This document shows, in pieces, positions 28,574 through 38,632 of a stretch of DNA of 64,000 nt. The stretch covers positions 29,544-93,543 of the forward strand of contig CAZPGF010000001.1 in assembly GCA_964586025.1 (NCBI GenBank), written 5' to 3'. Each line of letters opens with the position of its first letter. The first letter of the stretch is position 1. Both the position numbers and the translations under genes were made by a program. Under the pieces are notes generated by a model. That model did not search any database, was not told the DNA's origin, and saw only the letters and a list, made by a program, of their open reading frames with translations. This DNA comes from an uncultured Planctomycetales bacterium. Lineage in GTDB: Bacteria; Planctomycetota; PLA2; JAEUHO01.

Positions 28574-29226
28574 CAGGCGAATCCGGCGAGGCGCGCGAAC
28601 GTCGTCACGGCCACCGAGTACGAGCGGTAGAAGAGCGGTCCGCCGAAGAAGAACACGAGGAGGAACCCGGCCTGGAAGAACGGCGCGAGGTCGGGATTGG
28701 ACGTCCAGCGCCGCCATGCCGGCCAGAAGTCCGCGAGCACGGTCGACCCGTCGAGCGGAGGGATCGGCAACAGGTTGAACACGCAGAGCGCGAGGTTCAG
28801 CGTGGCCGCGAGCAGCAGCACGTTGGCGACGCGGAACTCCTCGAAGAACAGCACCCCGTTCGGCGGGGCGATCAGGCCGAAGCGCACCAGGAGGCCCGCC
28901 GAGACGACACCGATCGCCGCGAGCAGGAGGTTCGTCGCGGGGCCCGCGAAGGCGACGGCGGCGCGACCGAATCGACCGCGGAAGCGGTCCGGTCGCACCG
29001 GCATCGCGCCGAAGCCGAGGCCGAGCACCGCGAGCAGGATCAACGAGAACGCGCCCATGTGGACGAGCGGATTCCACGTCATGTGGCCGGTCTCGATCGG
29101 CGTGCGATCGCCTTGGCGGATCGCGACGACGCCGTGAGCGAGTTCGTGCAGCACGATGCTCACGATCACGAGGACGATCCACGTGGCGTAGAACGCCGGG
29201 TTCGACTCGAGAACCTTGAGGAACAT
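28573..29226 (-). CDS. M50-family (site-2-protease-like) intramembrane zinc metalloprotease, short form
   Basis: HELAHG and NLLPIPPLDG motifs; 217 aa with several TM helices. Stop shares one nt with the downstream ATG (TGATG). Confidence 0.75.
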   Translation of the reverse strand: MFLKVLESNPAFYATWIVLVIVSIVLHELAHGVVAIRQGDRTPIETGHMTWNPLVHMGAFSLILLAVLGLGFGAMPVRPDRFRGRFGRAAVAFAGPATNLLLAAIGVVSAGLLVRFGLIAPPNGVLFFEEFRVANVLLLAATLNLALCVFNLLPIPPLDGSTVLADFWPAWRRWTSNPDLAPFFQAGFLLVFFFGGPLFYRSYSVAVTTFARLAGFA

Positions 29227-29340
29227 GCCGGGGGCTCTCCGAGGGCGCCGCCCGTGTACGGTAGAGGCGTCCGCCCGTCGGGGCGAGAAGCACGCGGGCC
29301 CCGGCGAGGACGCTCCATGCGCGACGGCGGCGATCGTTGG

Positions 29341-30480
29341 ATGCTCGGGCTGATGAGCGGGATGAGCCGCGACGGCGTGGACGTCGCGCTCGTGCGGATT
29401 CGCGGCGTCGGCGACGGGCCGCGCGAGGTCGATCTCGTTCACGCCCGAACCGAGCCGTACCCTCCGGCCCTGCGCGCGCGCCTCGCGAGGGCGGTCGGCG
29501 GCGATCTCGCGGAGGTCGCGGCGCTCCACCTCGATCTGCCGGCGGTCTGGGCGCCGGTCGTCCTCGACGTGCTGCGCGAAGCGGGCGTCCGCCCGACCGA
29601 GATCGCCGCGCTCGGGTCGCACGGACAGACGGTGTTTCATCGTCCGCGGAACGGCAACGAGCGCGCCGTGACGTTGCAGATCGGTCATGGCGACGTGCTG
29701 GCGATGGCGACGGGAGTGCGCGTCGTCGCCGACTTCCGCGTGCGCGATGTCGTGTCGGAAGGCGAGGGCGCGCCTCTCGTGCCGCTGGCCGATCTGCTCG
29801 TGTTCGGCCGTTCGGACGAGGCGCGAGCGTGCTGGAACCTCGGCAGCATCGCGAACGTGACGCTCCTGCCCGCGGGCGGAACGGACGTGACCCGCTGCGG
29901 GGTCGTCGCATTCGACACGGGTCCGGCGAACGCGTTGATCGATGCGTTCGTCGGCACGGCGGACGCCGCGGGCATCGACCGCGACGGCGCGCTCTCCGCG
30001 CGGGGCCGGGTGGACGAGGACCTGCTCGCCGACCTCGTCGCGCGTCGCCGGGCGTGGCTCGACCGGTCGCCGCCGAAGAGCGCGGGGTACGCGACGTGGG
30101 GGCCGGACCTCGCATCGTCCCTCGTCGGCGCGCACGAAGGCGTCGCGCTCGCCGACCGCGTGCGCACCGCGGTGGAGGCGACCGCGCGCCTCATGCGGGA
30201 CGCCTGGGACCGTCATGTCGTCCCGCGGCGTCTCGCCGTCCGGCGCGTCATCCTCTCCGGTGGGGGCTGCCGCAACCCGACGCTTCTCGCGGCGATTCGC
30301 GCGTCGTTCGCTGACCTCGACCTCGCGATGGAACCGCTCGAGCCCGCGTGGAGTGACGCGAAGGAGGCGATCGCCTTCGCGCTCCTCGCCGACGAGACGC
30401 TCCACGGACGCGCGGGCAATCTCCCGTCCGCAACCGGCGCGTCACGCGCCGTGCGCCTCGGCACCGTGTTCGATCCGTGA
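29341..30480 (+). CDS. anmK: anhydro-N-acetylmuramic acid kinase
   Basis: [21 protein letters not shown]-terminus plus AnmK-like length and motifs. An alternative ATG lies at 29317. Confidence 0.8.
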   Translation: MLGLMSGMSRDGVDVALVRIRGVGDGPREVDLVHARTEPYPPALRARLARAVGGDLAEVAALHLDLPAVWAPVVLDVLREAGVRPTEIAALGSHGQTVFHRPRNGNERAVTLQIGHGDVLAMATGVRVVADFRVRDVVSEGEGAPLVPLADLLVFGRSDEARACWNLGSIANVTLLPAGGTDVTRCGVVAFDTGPANALIDAFVGTADAAGIDRDGALSARGRVDEDLLADLVARRRAWLDRSPPKSAGYATWGPDLASSLVGAHEGVALADRVRTAVEATARLMRDAWDRHVVPRRLAVRRVILSGGGCRNPTLLAAIRASFADLDLAMEPLEPAWSDAKEAIAFALLADETLHGRAGNLPSATGASRAVRLGTVFDP

Positions 30481-30930
30481 GTCCGTATGTCCGAATCCGC
30501 CGACGCCGCGCGCGGTCGCGTCGAGTTCGTCCAGGGGCCGCCACGTCGCACGACCGACCGGTGCGAACACGAGTTGCGCGATGCGGTCCCCGCGTTCGAT
30601 GCGAACCGGCTGCATGCCGAGGTTGACCAACAGCACCTGCACCTCGCCGCGGTAGTCGCTGTCGATCGTGCCGGGGGAGTTGAGGCAGGTCACCCCATGT
30701 CGGGCTGCCCATCCGCTGCGCGGACGCACCTGACACTCCCAACCCGCGGGCACCGCGATCGACAGCCCGGTGGGCACGCGGGCCCGCGCGCCCGGTGCGA
30801 GTTCGAGCGGTTCGCCGAGCGCAGCACGGACATCGAGCCCCGCCGCGCCCGCCGTCTCGTACGCGGGCAGCGGCAGCCCACGGGCGTGGTCGAGCACGCG
30901 GATCGGGACGTCGAGATGTCGATCGCTCAT
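30442..30930 (-). CDS. dut: dUTP diphosphatase
   Basis: [34 protein letters not shown] and GGFGHTD motifs. Confidence 0.85.
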   Translation of the reverse strand: MSDRHLDVPIRVLDHARGLPLPAYETAGAAGLDVRAALGEPLELAPGARARVPTGLSIAVPAGWECQVRPRSGWAARHGVTCLNSPGTIDSDYRGEVQVLLVNLGMQPVRIERGDRIAQLVFAPVGRATWRPLDELDATARGVGGFGHTDSRIEHGAEAHGA

Positions 30931-31099
30931 GACCCCGCAGGCTACGGCGCCGGGGCGACACCCGCTCCACCGAGCCGCTCCCCATCCGCCCCGCCGGCAT
31001 CGCGCATGGCCAAGGACCCCGGCGTCGCGCCTCGACGCGCATCGCGCGACGCGGAGAACGGCATTGACACCCCGCGCCGAAGCCGGACAATCCCGCACC

Positions 31100-32917
31100 A
31101 TGCCCAATCCTCTGCTTGAAATCCGGGGACTCAAGACGTGGTTCCACACCGAGGACCGGATCGTCCGCGCGGTGGACATGGCCTCCGACGTACGGATCAC
31201 GCTGAACGAAGGCCATACGCTCGGTGTCGTCGGCGAGTCGGGCTCCGGCAAGAGCGTCACCGCGATGACGATCATGCAGTTGCTGCCGCCCGAGACCGCG
31301 CGGATCCATGCCGGCGAGGTGTCCTTCCTCGGGCGGGACATCGTCCGCCTGCCGCGTTCGCAGATGCGCGCGATGCGCGGCCGCGACATCGGGATGATCT
31401 TCCAGGAGCCGATGACGTCGCTGAATCCGGTGTTCACAGTCGGCGACCAGGTGATGGAGCCCATCCTTATCCACGAGAAGATCAGTCGTGCCGCAGCGCG
31501 CGAGCGCGTGATCCAGCTGTTCCGCGAGGTGGACATTCCCGACCCGGAACGGCGCATCGACACCTACCCGCACGAGATGTCCGGCGGCCAGAAGCAGCGT
31601 GTGATGATCGCGATGGCCCTGAGCTGCAATCCGAAGCTGCTGATCGCCGACGAGCCGACGACCGCGCTCGACGTGACGATTCAGGCGCAGATCCTCGATC
31701 TGCTGCGACGCCTCCGCGACGAGCGCGGCATGTCGATCCTGTTCATCACGCACGACCTCGGCGTGATCGCAGAGATCGCCGACGACGTCGCCGTGATGTT
31801 CCAGGGGCATCTCGTCGAGTACGGCAACGTCGTGGACATCTTCGGCAACCCCCAGCACCCGTACACCCGAAGTCTCCTGGCGTGCCGTCCCTCGCTCGAC
31901 ACGACTTACAAGCGCCTGCCGACGACGTCGACGTTCATGGACTGGCGTTTGGACGAGGACCATCGACTGATCGTCACGCCGAAGGACGTCAGCCCGGCGG
32001 AACTCGATGCGATCTGCACCCGTGGCCGCGACAAATTGATCGCGCCCGAGGGCGGGCCGTTGCTCTCCGTTCGCGATCTGCGGGTCTGGTTCCCGATCCG
32101 CAAGGGCGTGTTCGGACGCGTCCACGATCACGTCAAGGCGGTGCAGGACGTGGACTTCGACGTGTGGCGCGGGCAGACCCTGGGCCTCGTCGGCGAGTCC
32201 GGCTGCGGCAAGACGACGGCCGGTCGCGCGTTGCTGCGGTTGATCGAGAATAAGAACGGGGTCGAGGTCGGCGGCCAGGCGATCTACGAGGGGCGCGACC
32301 TGTTCCGGATGTCGAACCGCGAGTTCCGGGGGATGCGCCGCCGGATGCAGATCATCTTCCAGGATCCGTACTCGTCGTTGAACCCGCGCATGACGGTCGG
32401 CGACATGATCGCGGAACCGATGGACGTGCACAAGTTGATCCGCTCGCGCTCCGAGCGCACCGATCGCGTGGCGGAACTCCTCGTCGAGGTCGGGCTCAAG
32501 CCCGAACACATGAATCGGTATCCGCACGAGTTCTCCGGCGGTCAGCGCCAGCGCATCTCGATCGCGCGCGCTCTCGCCCTCGAGCCGGAGTTCCTGATCT
32601 GCGACGAGTCGGTCAGCGCGCTGGACGTGTCCGTGCAGGCGCAGGTCTTGAACCTGCTCAAGGACCTGCAGGAAGCGCGGTCGCTGACCTACATCTTCAT
32701 CAGCCACGACCTCTCCGTCGTGAAGTTCATGTCCGACACGATGGCGGTCATGCAGGCCGGCCGGATCGTCGAGATGGGCGTGGCGAGCGAGATCTACCGG
32801 AGCCCCCGCGAGGACTACACCAAGCGTCTGATCGACGCCGTCCCGAGCGACGACATCGAGAAGATCCGCGTTCGTCAAGCCGAGCGCGCCGCGTCCCGCG
32901 TGCCCGCGACCGCGTAG
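31100..32917 (+). CDS. fused tandem ABC ATPase of the oligopeptide/dipeptide (DppD/DppF, YejF/GsiA-like) type; no permease or SBP adjacent
   Basis: Two Walker A sites ([16 protein letters not shown]), two LSGGQ signatures, and the Opp/Dpp-type C-terminal motif ([12 protein letters not shown]). Confidence 0.85.
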   Translation: MPNPLLEIRGLKTWFHTEDRIVRAVDMASDVRITLNEGHTLGVVGESGSGKSVTAMTIMQLLPPETARIHAGEVSFLGRDIVRLPRSQMRAMRGRDIGMIFQEPMTSLNPVFTVGDQVMEPILIHEKISRAAARERVIQLFREVDIPDPERRIDTYPHEMSGGQKQRVMIAMALSCNPKLLIADEPTTALDVTIQAQILDLLRRLRDERGMSILFITHDLGVIAEIADDVAVMFQGHLVEYGNVVDIFGNPQHPYTRSLLACRPSLDTTYKRLPTTSTFMDWRLDEDHRLIVTPKDVSPAELDAICTRGRDKLIAPEGGPLLSVRDLRVWFPIRKGVFGRVHDHVKAVQDVDFDVWRGQTLGLVGESGCGKTTAGRALLRLIENKNGVEVGGQAIYEGRDLFRMSNREFRGMRRRMQIIFQDPYSSLNPRMTVGDMIAEPMDVHKLIRSRSERTDRVAELLVEVGLKPEHMNRYPHEFSGGQRQRISIARALALEPEFLICDESVSALDVSVQAQVLNLLKDLQEARSLTYIFISHDLSVVKFMSDTMAVMQAGRIVEMGVASEIYRSPREDYTKRLIDAVPSDDIEKIRVRQAERAASRVPATA

Positions 32918-32930
32918 TTGGAGGCGAGGC

Positions 32931-33203
32931 ATGGACTCCGATCAGGTTCGTCCGCTCGTCGTCACGCTGCAGCCCGGCCGTCACGCGATCTGCGCGTGCG
33001 GGCGCACCGCATCGCCGCCGTTCTGCGACGGACATCACCGCGACACGGAGTTCACGCCCCGCATCGAAGTCGTCGAGGGCATGGCGCGAAACGTCGCGTG
33101 GTGCCGTTGCTTCACCTCGTCGAACGGCCCGTGGTGCGACGGCAGCCACACCGCACTCTGGACGGGCACGGGCCCCGATCCCGACGACGAGGCGACGCGA
33201 TGA
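32931..33203 (+). CDS. CDGSH-type iron-sulfur domain protein (two CDGSH modules)
   Basis: CACGRTASPPFCDGHH and CRCFTSSNGPWCDGSH. Confidence 0.75.
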   Translation: MDSDQVRPLVVTLQPGRHAICACGRTASPPFCDGHHRDTEFTPRIEVVEGMARNVAWCRCFTSSNGPWCDGSHTALWTGTGPDPDDEATR

Positions 33204-33409
33204 ACCCGCCGCCCGGCGAGCGCCGGCTACAGGCGCTCGAGGAGGCGGGCGTGACCCAGGAGCGCGCGCTCGAACGACTCGACGCGGTCGTTCGCGAACG
33301 GGAGGCCGCGCTCGACCGGATCGAACGCCGACTCGCCCTCCTCGAGCGCCGACTCGCCGATCTCCTCGATGCCGCGGCGCCGCCGTACGAGGACGACCTC
33401 CTCGACTGA
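33200..33409 (+). CDS. small coiled-coil hypothetical protein
   Basis: 69 aa, heptad-like LERLDAVVREREAALDRIERRLALLERRLADLL. ATG overlaps the CDGSH stop (ATGA). Confidence 0.35.
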   Translation: MNPPPGERRLQALEEAGVTQERALERLDAVVREREAALDRIERRLALLERRLADLLDAAAPPYEDDLLD

Positions 33410-33553
33410 GCGCCGATTCCATGGGCCGCCCCTGCCGCGCCTGGCGATCCTCTCGCGGCGATTCGGCGTCGCCCCGGAAGCGGCTCCGAGCGTCCTCGCC
33501 CTCGCGCCTTCCCGCGAGGGATCTCGAGCGCGGCCGAGGCGCGGTGCGCTTCG

Positions 33554-34720
33554 TTACCGAGCGAGAGCCCGGGCAAGGTCCGCGATCAGGTCGGACTCGC
33601 TCTCGATACCGACGGAGAGACGGATGAAGCCGTCTTCGATCCCGAGCGCCTTGCGCGCCGCCGCGGGAACGCTGGCGTGGGTCATGATCGCGGGATGCTC
33701 GATCAGGCTCTCCACGCCGCCGAGGCTCTCGGCGAGTGCGGGGATGCGCACGGCCTCCAGGAAGCGGCGCGCGGCGTCCAGGCCGCCGCGCAGCGTGAAC
33801 GAGATCATGCCGCCGAAGCATCGCATCTGTCGCTTTGCGAGCGCGTGCTGCGGATGGCTGGGCAGGCCGGGGTAGATCACCCGTTCGACCTCCGGCCGGG
33901 ACTCGAGGAATCGCGCGATCGCGAGCGCGTTGCGTTCGTGTCGCTCCATGCGGATGCCCAACGTCTTCAGCCCGCGCAGCACGAGGAACGCATCGAGGGG
34001 GCCGGGCACCGCACCGACCGCGTTCTGGAGGAAGGCGAGGCGGGCACCCAGCTCGTCGTCGCGGACGACCAGCGCGCCCCCGACGACGTCGCTGTGGCCG
34101 TTGAGGTACTTCGTGACCGAGTGCAGCACGACGTGGGCGCCGAGGTCGAGCGGTCGCTGCGCGAACGGCGTCGCGAACGTGTTGTCCACGACGACGATCG
34201 CCCCGTGCGCTCGCGTGACGGCGGCGAGCGCCGCGATGTCGAGCACCTTGAGCATCGGGTTGGTCGGCGACTCGAGCCAGACGAGCTTCGTCGCGGGCGT
34301 CAGGGCGGCCTCGAGTGCGCCGGGCTTGGTCAGATCGGCCGCCGTGAATCGCACGCCGTGGCGCGCGACGACCTTGTCGAATTGGCGGAACGTACCGCCG
34401 TAGACGTCGTCGGAGTGAACGACGTGGTCGCCCGCGTCGAGCAGGTGCATCACGGCATCGGTTGCCGCGAGGCCCGACGCGAAGCAGAGCCCGCGCGCAC
34501 CGCCTTCGAGCGCGGCGAGGCACGCCTCGAGCGCGTCGCGGGTCGGGTTGCGCGTCCTCGCGTACTCGAACCCCCGGTGCACGCCCGGGCTCTCCTGCGC
34601 ATACGTGGAGTTGAGGTAGACGGGCGTCATCAGGGCACCCGTCGTCGGGTCGGGCGCCTGGCCGGCGTGGATCGCCAGCGTGTCGAAACCGAGCGGCGTG
34701 TCGCCGGCGGCCGGCTTCAC
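33554..34720 (-). CDS. cystathionine gamma-lyase / gamma-synthase (PLP-dependent Cys/Met metabolism enzyme)
   Basis: YxRxxNPT-like (YARTRNPTRDALE) and SVTKYLNGHSDVVGG (PLP Lys) motifs. GTG at 34720. Confidence 0.85.
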   Translation of the reverse strand: MKPAAGDTPLGFDTLAIHAGQAPDPTTGALMTPVYLNSTYAQESPGVHRGFEYARTRNPTRDALEACLAALEGGARGLCFASGLAATDAVMHLLDAGDHVVHSDDVYGGTFRQFDKVVARHGVRFTAADLTKPGALEAALTPATKLVWLESPTNPMLKVLDIAALAAVTRAHGAIVVVDNTFATPFAQRPLDLGAHVVLHSVTKYLNGHSDVVGGALVVRDDELGARLAFLQNAVGAVPGPLDAFLVLRGLKTLGIRMERHERNALAIARFLESRPEVERVIYPGLPSHPQHALAKRQMRCFGGMISFTLRGGLDAARRFLEAVRIPALAESLGGVESLIEHPAIMTHASVPAAARKALGIEDGFIRLSVGIESESDLIADLARALAR

Positions 34721-35703
34721 GACGCGGCTCCCTCGTCGAAGAAGCCGTTCGCACGCATCCAGTCGTCGGAGAAGAACTTGGAGATGTACGCGCGACCACC
34801 GTCGGGAAGCGGTACGAGGATCGTCTTGCCGGGACCCCACTCGCGGGCGAGCGTCGCCGCGACATGGACCGCGGCGCCCGACGAACCGCCGGCGAAGATG
34901 CCCTCCTCGCGCGCGAGCCGGCGCGCCATCGCGAAGGCCTGCGTGTCGTCGACCTGCCGCACGTCGTCCAGCAGCGCGAGATCCATCGCGCCGCAGACCA
35001 TGTCCTCGCCGATGCCTTCCACCTTGTAGGGGTGCGGCGTCGTGAGCTGTTTCGTGTGGAACAGGTCGTGGTAGATGCTGCCCACCGGATCGACGCCGAC
35101 CAGTCGAATGTCGGGATCCTGTTCCTTCAGGTAGCGCCCCGCGCCGCTCATCGTGCCGCCGGTCCCGAGGCCCGCGACGAACGCGTCCAGACGGCCCTCG
35201 AGTTGTCGCCAGATCTCCGGTCCCGTCGACCGATAGTGCGCCTCGACGTTGTCGCGGGAGTGGTACTGGTTCACGTAGAGGGAGTCGGGGATCTCGCCGG
35301 CGAGGCGCTTCGCGGTGGAGTAGTACGACTCCGGCGAGTCCGCCGGAACGGCCGTCGGCGTGATGACCACGCGCGAACCGAACGCGCGCAACGTGTCCTG
35401 CTTCTCCTTCGACATCTTGTCCGGCATCGTGAACACCGTCGGGTGACCGCGCACCGCGGCAGCCATCGCCAGACCGACGCCGGTGTTGCCGCTCGTGTTC
35501 TCGACGATCGTCGCGCCGGGCTTCAGGGCCCCCGACGCGCTCGCCTTGTCGAGGATGTGGCGCGCCATCCGGTCCTTGATCGAACCGCCCGGATTCATGA
35601 ACTCGAGCTTCACGAGCACGGTGGCGTCGTTCGGACCGACGACCCGATTGAGCCGCACGATCGGCGTGTTGCCGATCGCGGAAAGCACGTTGTCGTGGAT
35701 CAC
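34717..35703 (-). CDS. cysteine synthase / cystathionine beta-synthase family PLP enzyme
   Basis: GNTPIVRL, KLEFMNPGGSIKDR and GNTGVGLA motifs. GTG 35703 is preceded by GGGAGG. GTGA overlap with the downstream lyase. Confidence 0.85.
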   Translation of the reverse strand: MIHDNVLSAIGNTPIVRLNRVVGPNDATVLVKLEFMNPGGSIKDRMARHILDKASASGALKPGATIVENTSGNTGVGLAMAAAVRGHPTVFTMPDKMSKEKQDTLRAFGSRVVITPTAVPADSPESYYSTAKRLAGEIPDSLYVNQYHSRDNVEAHYRSTGPEIWRQLEGRLDAFVAGLGTGGTMSGAGRYLKEQDPDIRLVGVDPVGSIYHDLFHTKQLTTPHPYKVEGIGEDMVCGAMDLALLDDVRQVDDTQAFAMARRLAREEGIFAGGSSGAAVHVAATLAREWGPGKTILVPLPDGGRAYISKFFSDDWMRANGFFDEGAAS

Positions 35704-35747
35704 GGAGGGCCTCCCTGGGACGGCCGCCGAGAATACGGCGCCCGCGG

Positions 35748-37055
35748 TCAGATAGCGCTTGCGGCCCACGCGACGAGCGCGGCCTCGTCCCGGAACGACT
35801 CGAACGAACCGTCGACGAGGCGTTTGCCGTGCCAGCCACCGTCCGCTTCCACGGTGACGACGACGCGCACGCCGACGCGATCCGCGTAGCGCATCTGTTG
35901 CGCGTGCTTCCGGTCCTCGGGATAGACCTCGGTCGGGAGCCCGGCCCGGCGCAGCGCCGCGGCGACCGAGAAGGCGCGCGCGAGTCCCGCCGCGCCGGGG
36001 TGCACCACGAGGACGGCGCTCGAGGCGCCCGCGGCGCCGTCGGCGCCGAGCGCCTCGAGGGCGTCCAGGAGGCGCGTGATCCCGATGGAGCAGCCGACGC
36101 CGGGCAGGTGCGACTTGGTGTAGAGGCTCGCCAGATCGTCGTACCGCCCCCCGCTGCCGACGCTGCCGATCGACGGCAGCGCGTCGAGCTGCGCCTCGAA
36201 GACGAGGCCCGTGTAGTAGTCGAGTCCGCGCGCGATGCTCGGATCCACGCGCAGCGCGTTGGGTCGCACCCCCGCGGCGGCGACGAGTTCGAGCACGGTG
36301 CGGAGGTTCTCGAGCCCCGCCGCGCCGGCCGGCTCGGTCGGGTCGAGCGCCGCGGCGAGACGGGAGAGGACCTCGTCGGCGGCGCCCTCGGGGCGCGTGA
36401 CCTCGAGGAGCATCGCGGCGCCCTCCGGGGTGGCGCCGGCCGCGATCAGTTCGTTCCGCACGATCTCCTCACCGAGCTTCTCGCGCTTGTCGAGAACGCG
36501 CAGCGCGGCGGTCGGCGCGAGGCCCGGAAGGCGCGTCGTCACGAGCGAGGAGAGGACGCGGCGATCGTTCACCCGCAGGGTCACCGCGCCGACTCCGAGC
36601 GCGTCGTACGCAGACGCGAGCAGCACGAGGATCTCCGCGTCGGCGGCGGCCCCGACCGGACCGATCAGGTCCGCGTCGCACTGGAGGAACTCCCGGGCCC
36701 GTCCGCGCTGCGGGCGTTCACCGCGCCAACAGGTGCCGATGTGCGATCGGCGGAAGGGGAAGACGAGTTCGCTCTCGTGCTCGGCGACGAAACGCGCGAG
36801 CGGTACCGTCAGGTCGAAACGAAGAGCGACCTCGCGTCCGCCCTTGTCCTGGAACGCGAACAGCTCCTTGTCGCTGTCTTCGCCGCCCTTGCCCTTCAGG
36901 ATCTCGGCGTACTCGAGCGCCGGCGTCTCGATCGGCGGATAGCCATGCGCGCGGAAGACGTCCTCCAAGGCGCGGACCATGGTCCGCTGGCGCAGGGCGC
37001 GCGACGGCATCACGTCGCGGAATCCCTTCAGCGTTCGGGGAGCGATCAGGGCCAT
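35748..37055 (-). CDS. hisS: histidine--tRNA ligase
   Basis: Class II aaRS motifs (LKGFRD, FQDKGGREVALRFDLTVPLAR, GGRYDDL) and anticodon-binding C-terminus. Confidence 0.9.
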   Translation of the reverse strand: MALIAPRTLKGFRDVMPSRALRQRTMVRALEDVFRAHGYPPIETPALEYAEILKGKGGEDSDKELFAFQDKGGREVALRFDLTVPLARFVAEHESELVFPFRRSHIGTCWRGERPQRGRAREFLQCDADLIGPVGAAADAEILVLLASAYDALGVGAVTLRVNDRRVLSSLVTTRLPGLAPTAALRVLDKREKLGEEIVRNELIAAGATPEGAAMLLEVTRPEGAADEVLSRLAAALDPTEPAGAAGLENLRTVLELVAAAGVRPNALRVDPSIARGLDYYTGLVFEAQLDALPSIGSVGSGGRYDDLASLYTKSHLPGVGCSIGITRLLDALEALGADGAAGASSAVLVVHPGAAGLARAFSVAAALRRAGLPTEVYPEDRKHAQQMRYADRVGVRVVVTVEADGGWHGKRLVDGSFESFRDEAALVAWAASAI

Positions 37056-37063
37056 GTCCTACC

Positions 37064-38629
37064 TCACACGATGGGGAGCGGCGGCTCGAGCCCGGCCGCA
37101 CGGAGCAGCGATCCGTCGTCGATGGCGCGCTTCGCCGCGACGAGCGCGTCGTCCCACGGACGATCGGCGTCGCGGAAGGGCACCGCGGCGCGCACGACGG
37201 ACTTCGCCGCGGCGGTCCGCGGCGCGGGCGCGAAGGGCCGCAGGTCGATCGCCTGGCACGCGACGAGAACCTCGATCGCCAGGACGGACTCGACCAGGTC
37301 GAGGACGTCCTCCGTGCGGCGCGCGGCGATCGGCGCCATGCTGACGTGGTCCTCGATCCCGGCCCCCGTGACGATGCTGTCGGCGCTCGCCGGGAAACAG
37401 AGCTGCTTGCTCTCGGACACCTGCGCGGCGGCCACGTACTGCGGAATCATGAAGCCGCTGTTGAGTCCCGCCTCCGGGACGAGGTACGCGGGAAGGCCCT
37501 CGTTCAGTTTCGGATCGACGAGCGTCGCGGTGCGCCGCTCGCTGATGCTGCCGAGCTCGTGGACCGCGAGACGCAGGTGGTCGAGGGGCAGGGCGATCGG
37601 TTCGCCGTGGAAGTTCCCCCCGCTCACGATGCGCCCGTCGAGCACGAGCGGGTTGTCCGTCACCGCATCGATCTCGCGCTCGAGCGCGCCGCGGACGTAG
37701 GCGATCGCGTCGGCGACCGCGCCGTGAACCTGCGGGGCGCACCGCGTGCCGTAGGCGTCCTGCGGCGCCGTGCGCTTGCCCGGGAACCGGTCCGCCGGCG
37801 CGCCGACCAGACGACTTCCGGCGACGAGCGAGCGTATGCGGCGCGCCGAGGCGACTTGTCCGCGGTGACCGCGCGCGCGGTGCAGGGCGGGATCGAGCGC
37901 GTCCCGTCGCGCCGCGAGCGCCTCCATCGTGAGGGCCGCGGCGAGGTCGGCGAGCAGGACGGCGCGCTCGGCTCGCGCGAGCGCTCGGAGTCCGATCGCG
38001 AGACTCACCTGCATCCCGTTGATCAGCGCGAGCCCTTCCTTCGCGGCGAGCGCGACCGGTTCGAGTCCGGCCTCGCGCAGCGCGTCGCGCGCGGGCATCC
38101 GGCGGCCCGCGACGCGCACCGTGCCGAGACCGAGGAGGGGCAGCGCGAGAAAGGCGAGGGGCGCCAGATCACCGCTCGCGCCGACGCTGCCGCGCGACGG
38201 GACGTCGGCGACGATCCCCGCCTCGAACAGGCGGATCATGGCGTCGAGCGTCGTGCGTCGGATCCCGCTCGAACCTCGGGCGAGAGCGTGGATGCGGAGC
38301 AGCCACGCGAGTCGAACGGTGGCGTCGGGAAGCGGCGGACCGTCGCCGAAGGCGTGACTCGCGATCAGGCGTTCCTGGAGCACGGAGACGTCGTCGGAGC
38401 CGACCGCGCGGTCCGCGTTGCTCCCGAGGCCCGTCGTCACCCCGTAGACGCGCTCGCCGCCGCGAACGGCGTCGGCGATCCGTCGCGCCGACGCGTCGAT
38501 GCGCCCGGCCGCACCGGGGGCGAACGCGAGGCGGCGCGGCGAGGCGATCGCCTCGAGCGCGTCGGCGGCGTCGAGTCGGCCGCCGAGCAGGAGCGCCTGC
38601 GCGCGGAGGGGGGGCTTCGGGCGCGCCAT
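37064..38629 (-). CDS. hutH: histidine ammonia-lyase (MIO-dependent HAL/PAL family)
   Basis: MIO-forming GSVGASGDLAPLA motif. The Ser-His selectivity pair (LIASHAFG) is as in HALs. Ends 8 nt before the hisS start. Confidence 0.8.
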   Translation of the reverse strand: MARPKPPLRAQALLLGGRLDAADALEAIASPRRLAFAPGAAGRIDASARRIADAVRGGERVYGVTTGLGSNADRAVGSDDVSVLQERLIASHAFGDGPPLPDATVRLAWLLRIHALARGSSGIRRTTLDAMIRLFEAGIVADVPSRGSVGASGDLAPLAFLALPLLGLGTVRVAGRRMPARDALREAGLEPVALAAKEGLALINGMQVSLAIGLRALARAERAVLLADLAAALTMEALAARRDALDPALHRARGHRGQVASARRIRSLVAGSRLVGAPADRFPGKRTAPQDAYGTRCAPQVHGAVADAIAYVRGALEREIDAVTDNPLVLDGRIVSGGNFHGEPIALPLDHLRLAVHELGSISERRTATLVDPKLNEGLPAYLVPEAGLNSGFMIPQYVAAAQVSESKQLCFPASADSIVTGAGIEDHVSMAPIAARRTEDVLDLVESVLAIEVLVACQAIDLRPFAPAPRTAAAKSVVRAAVPFRDADRPWDDALVAAKRAIDDGSLLRAAGLEPPLPIV

Positions 38630-38632
38630 CGG

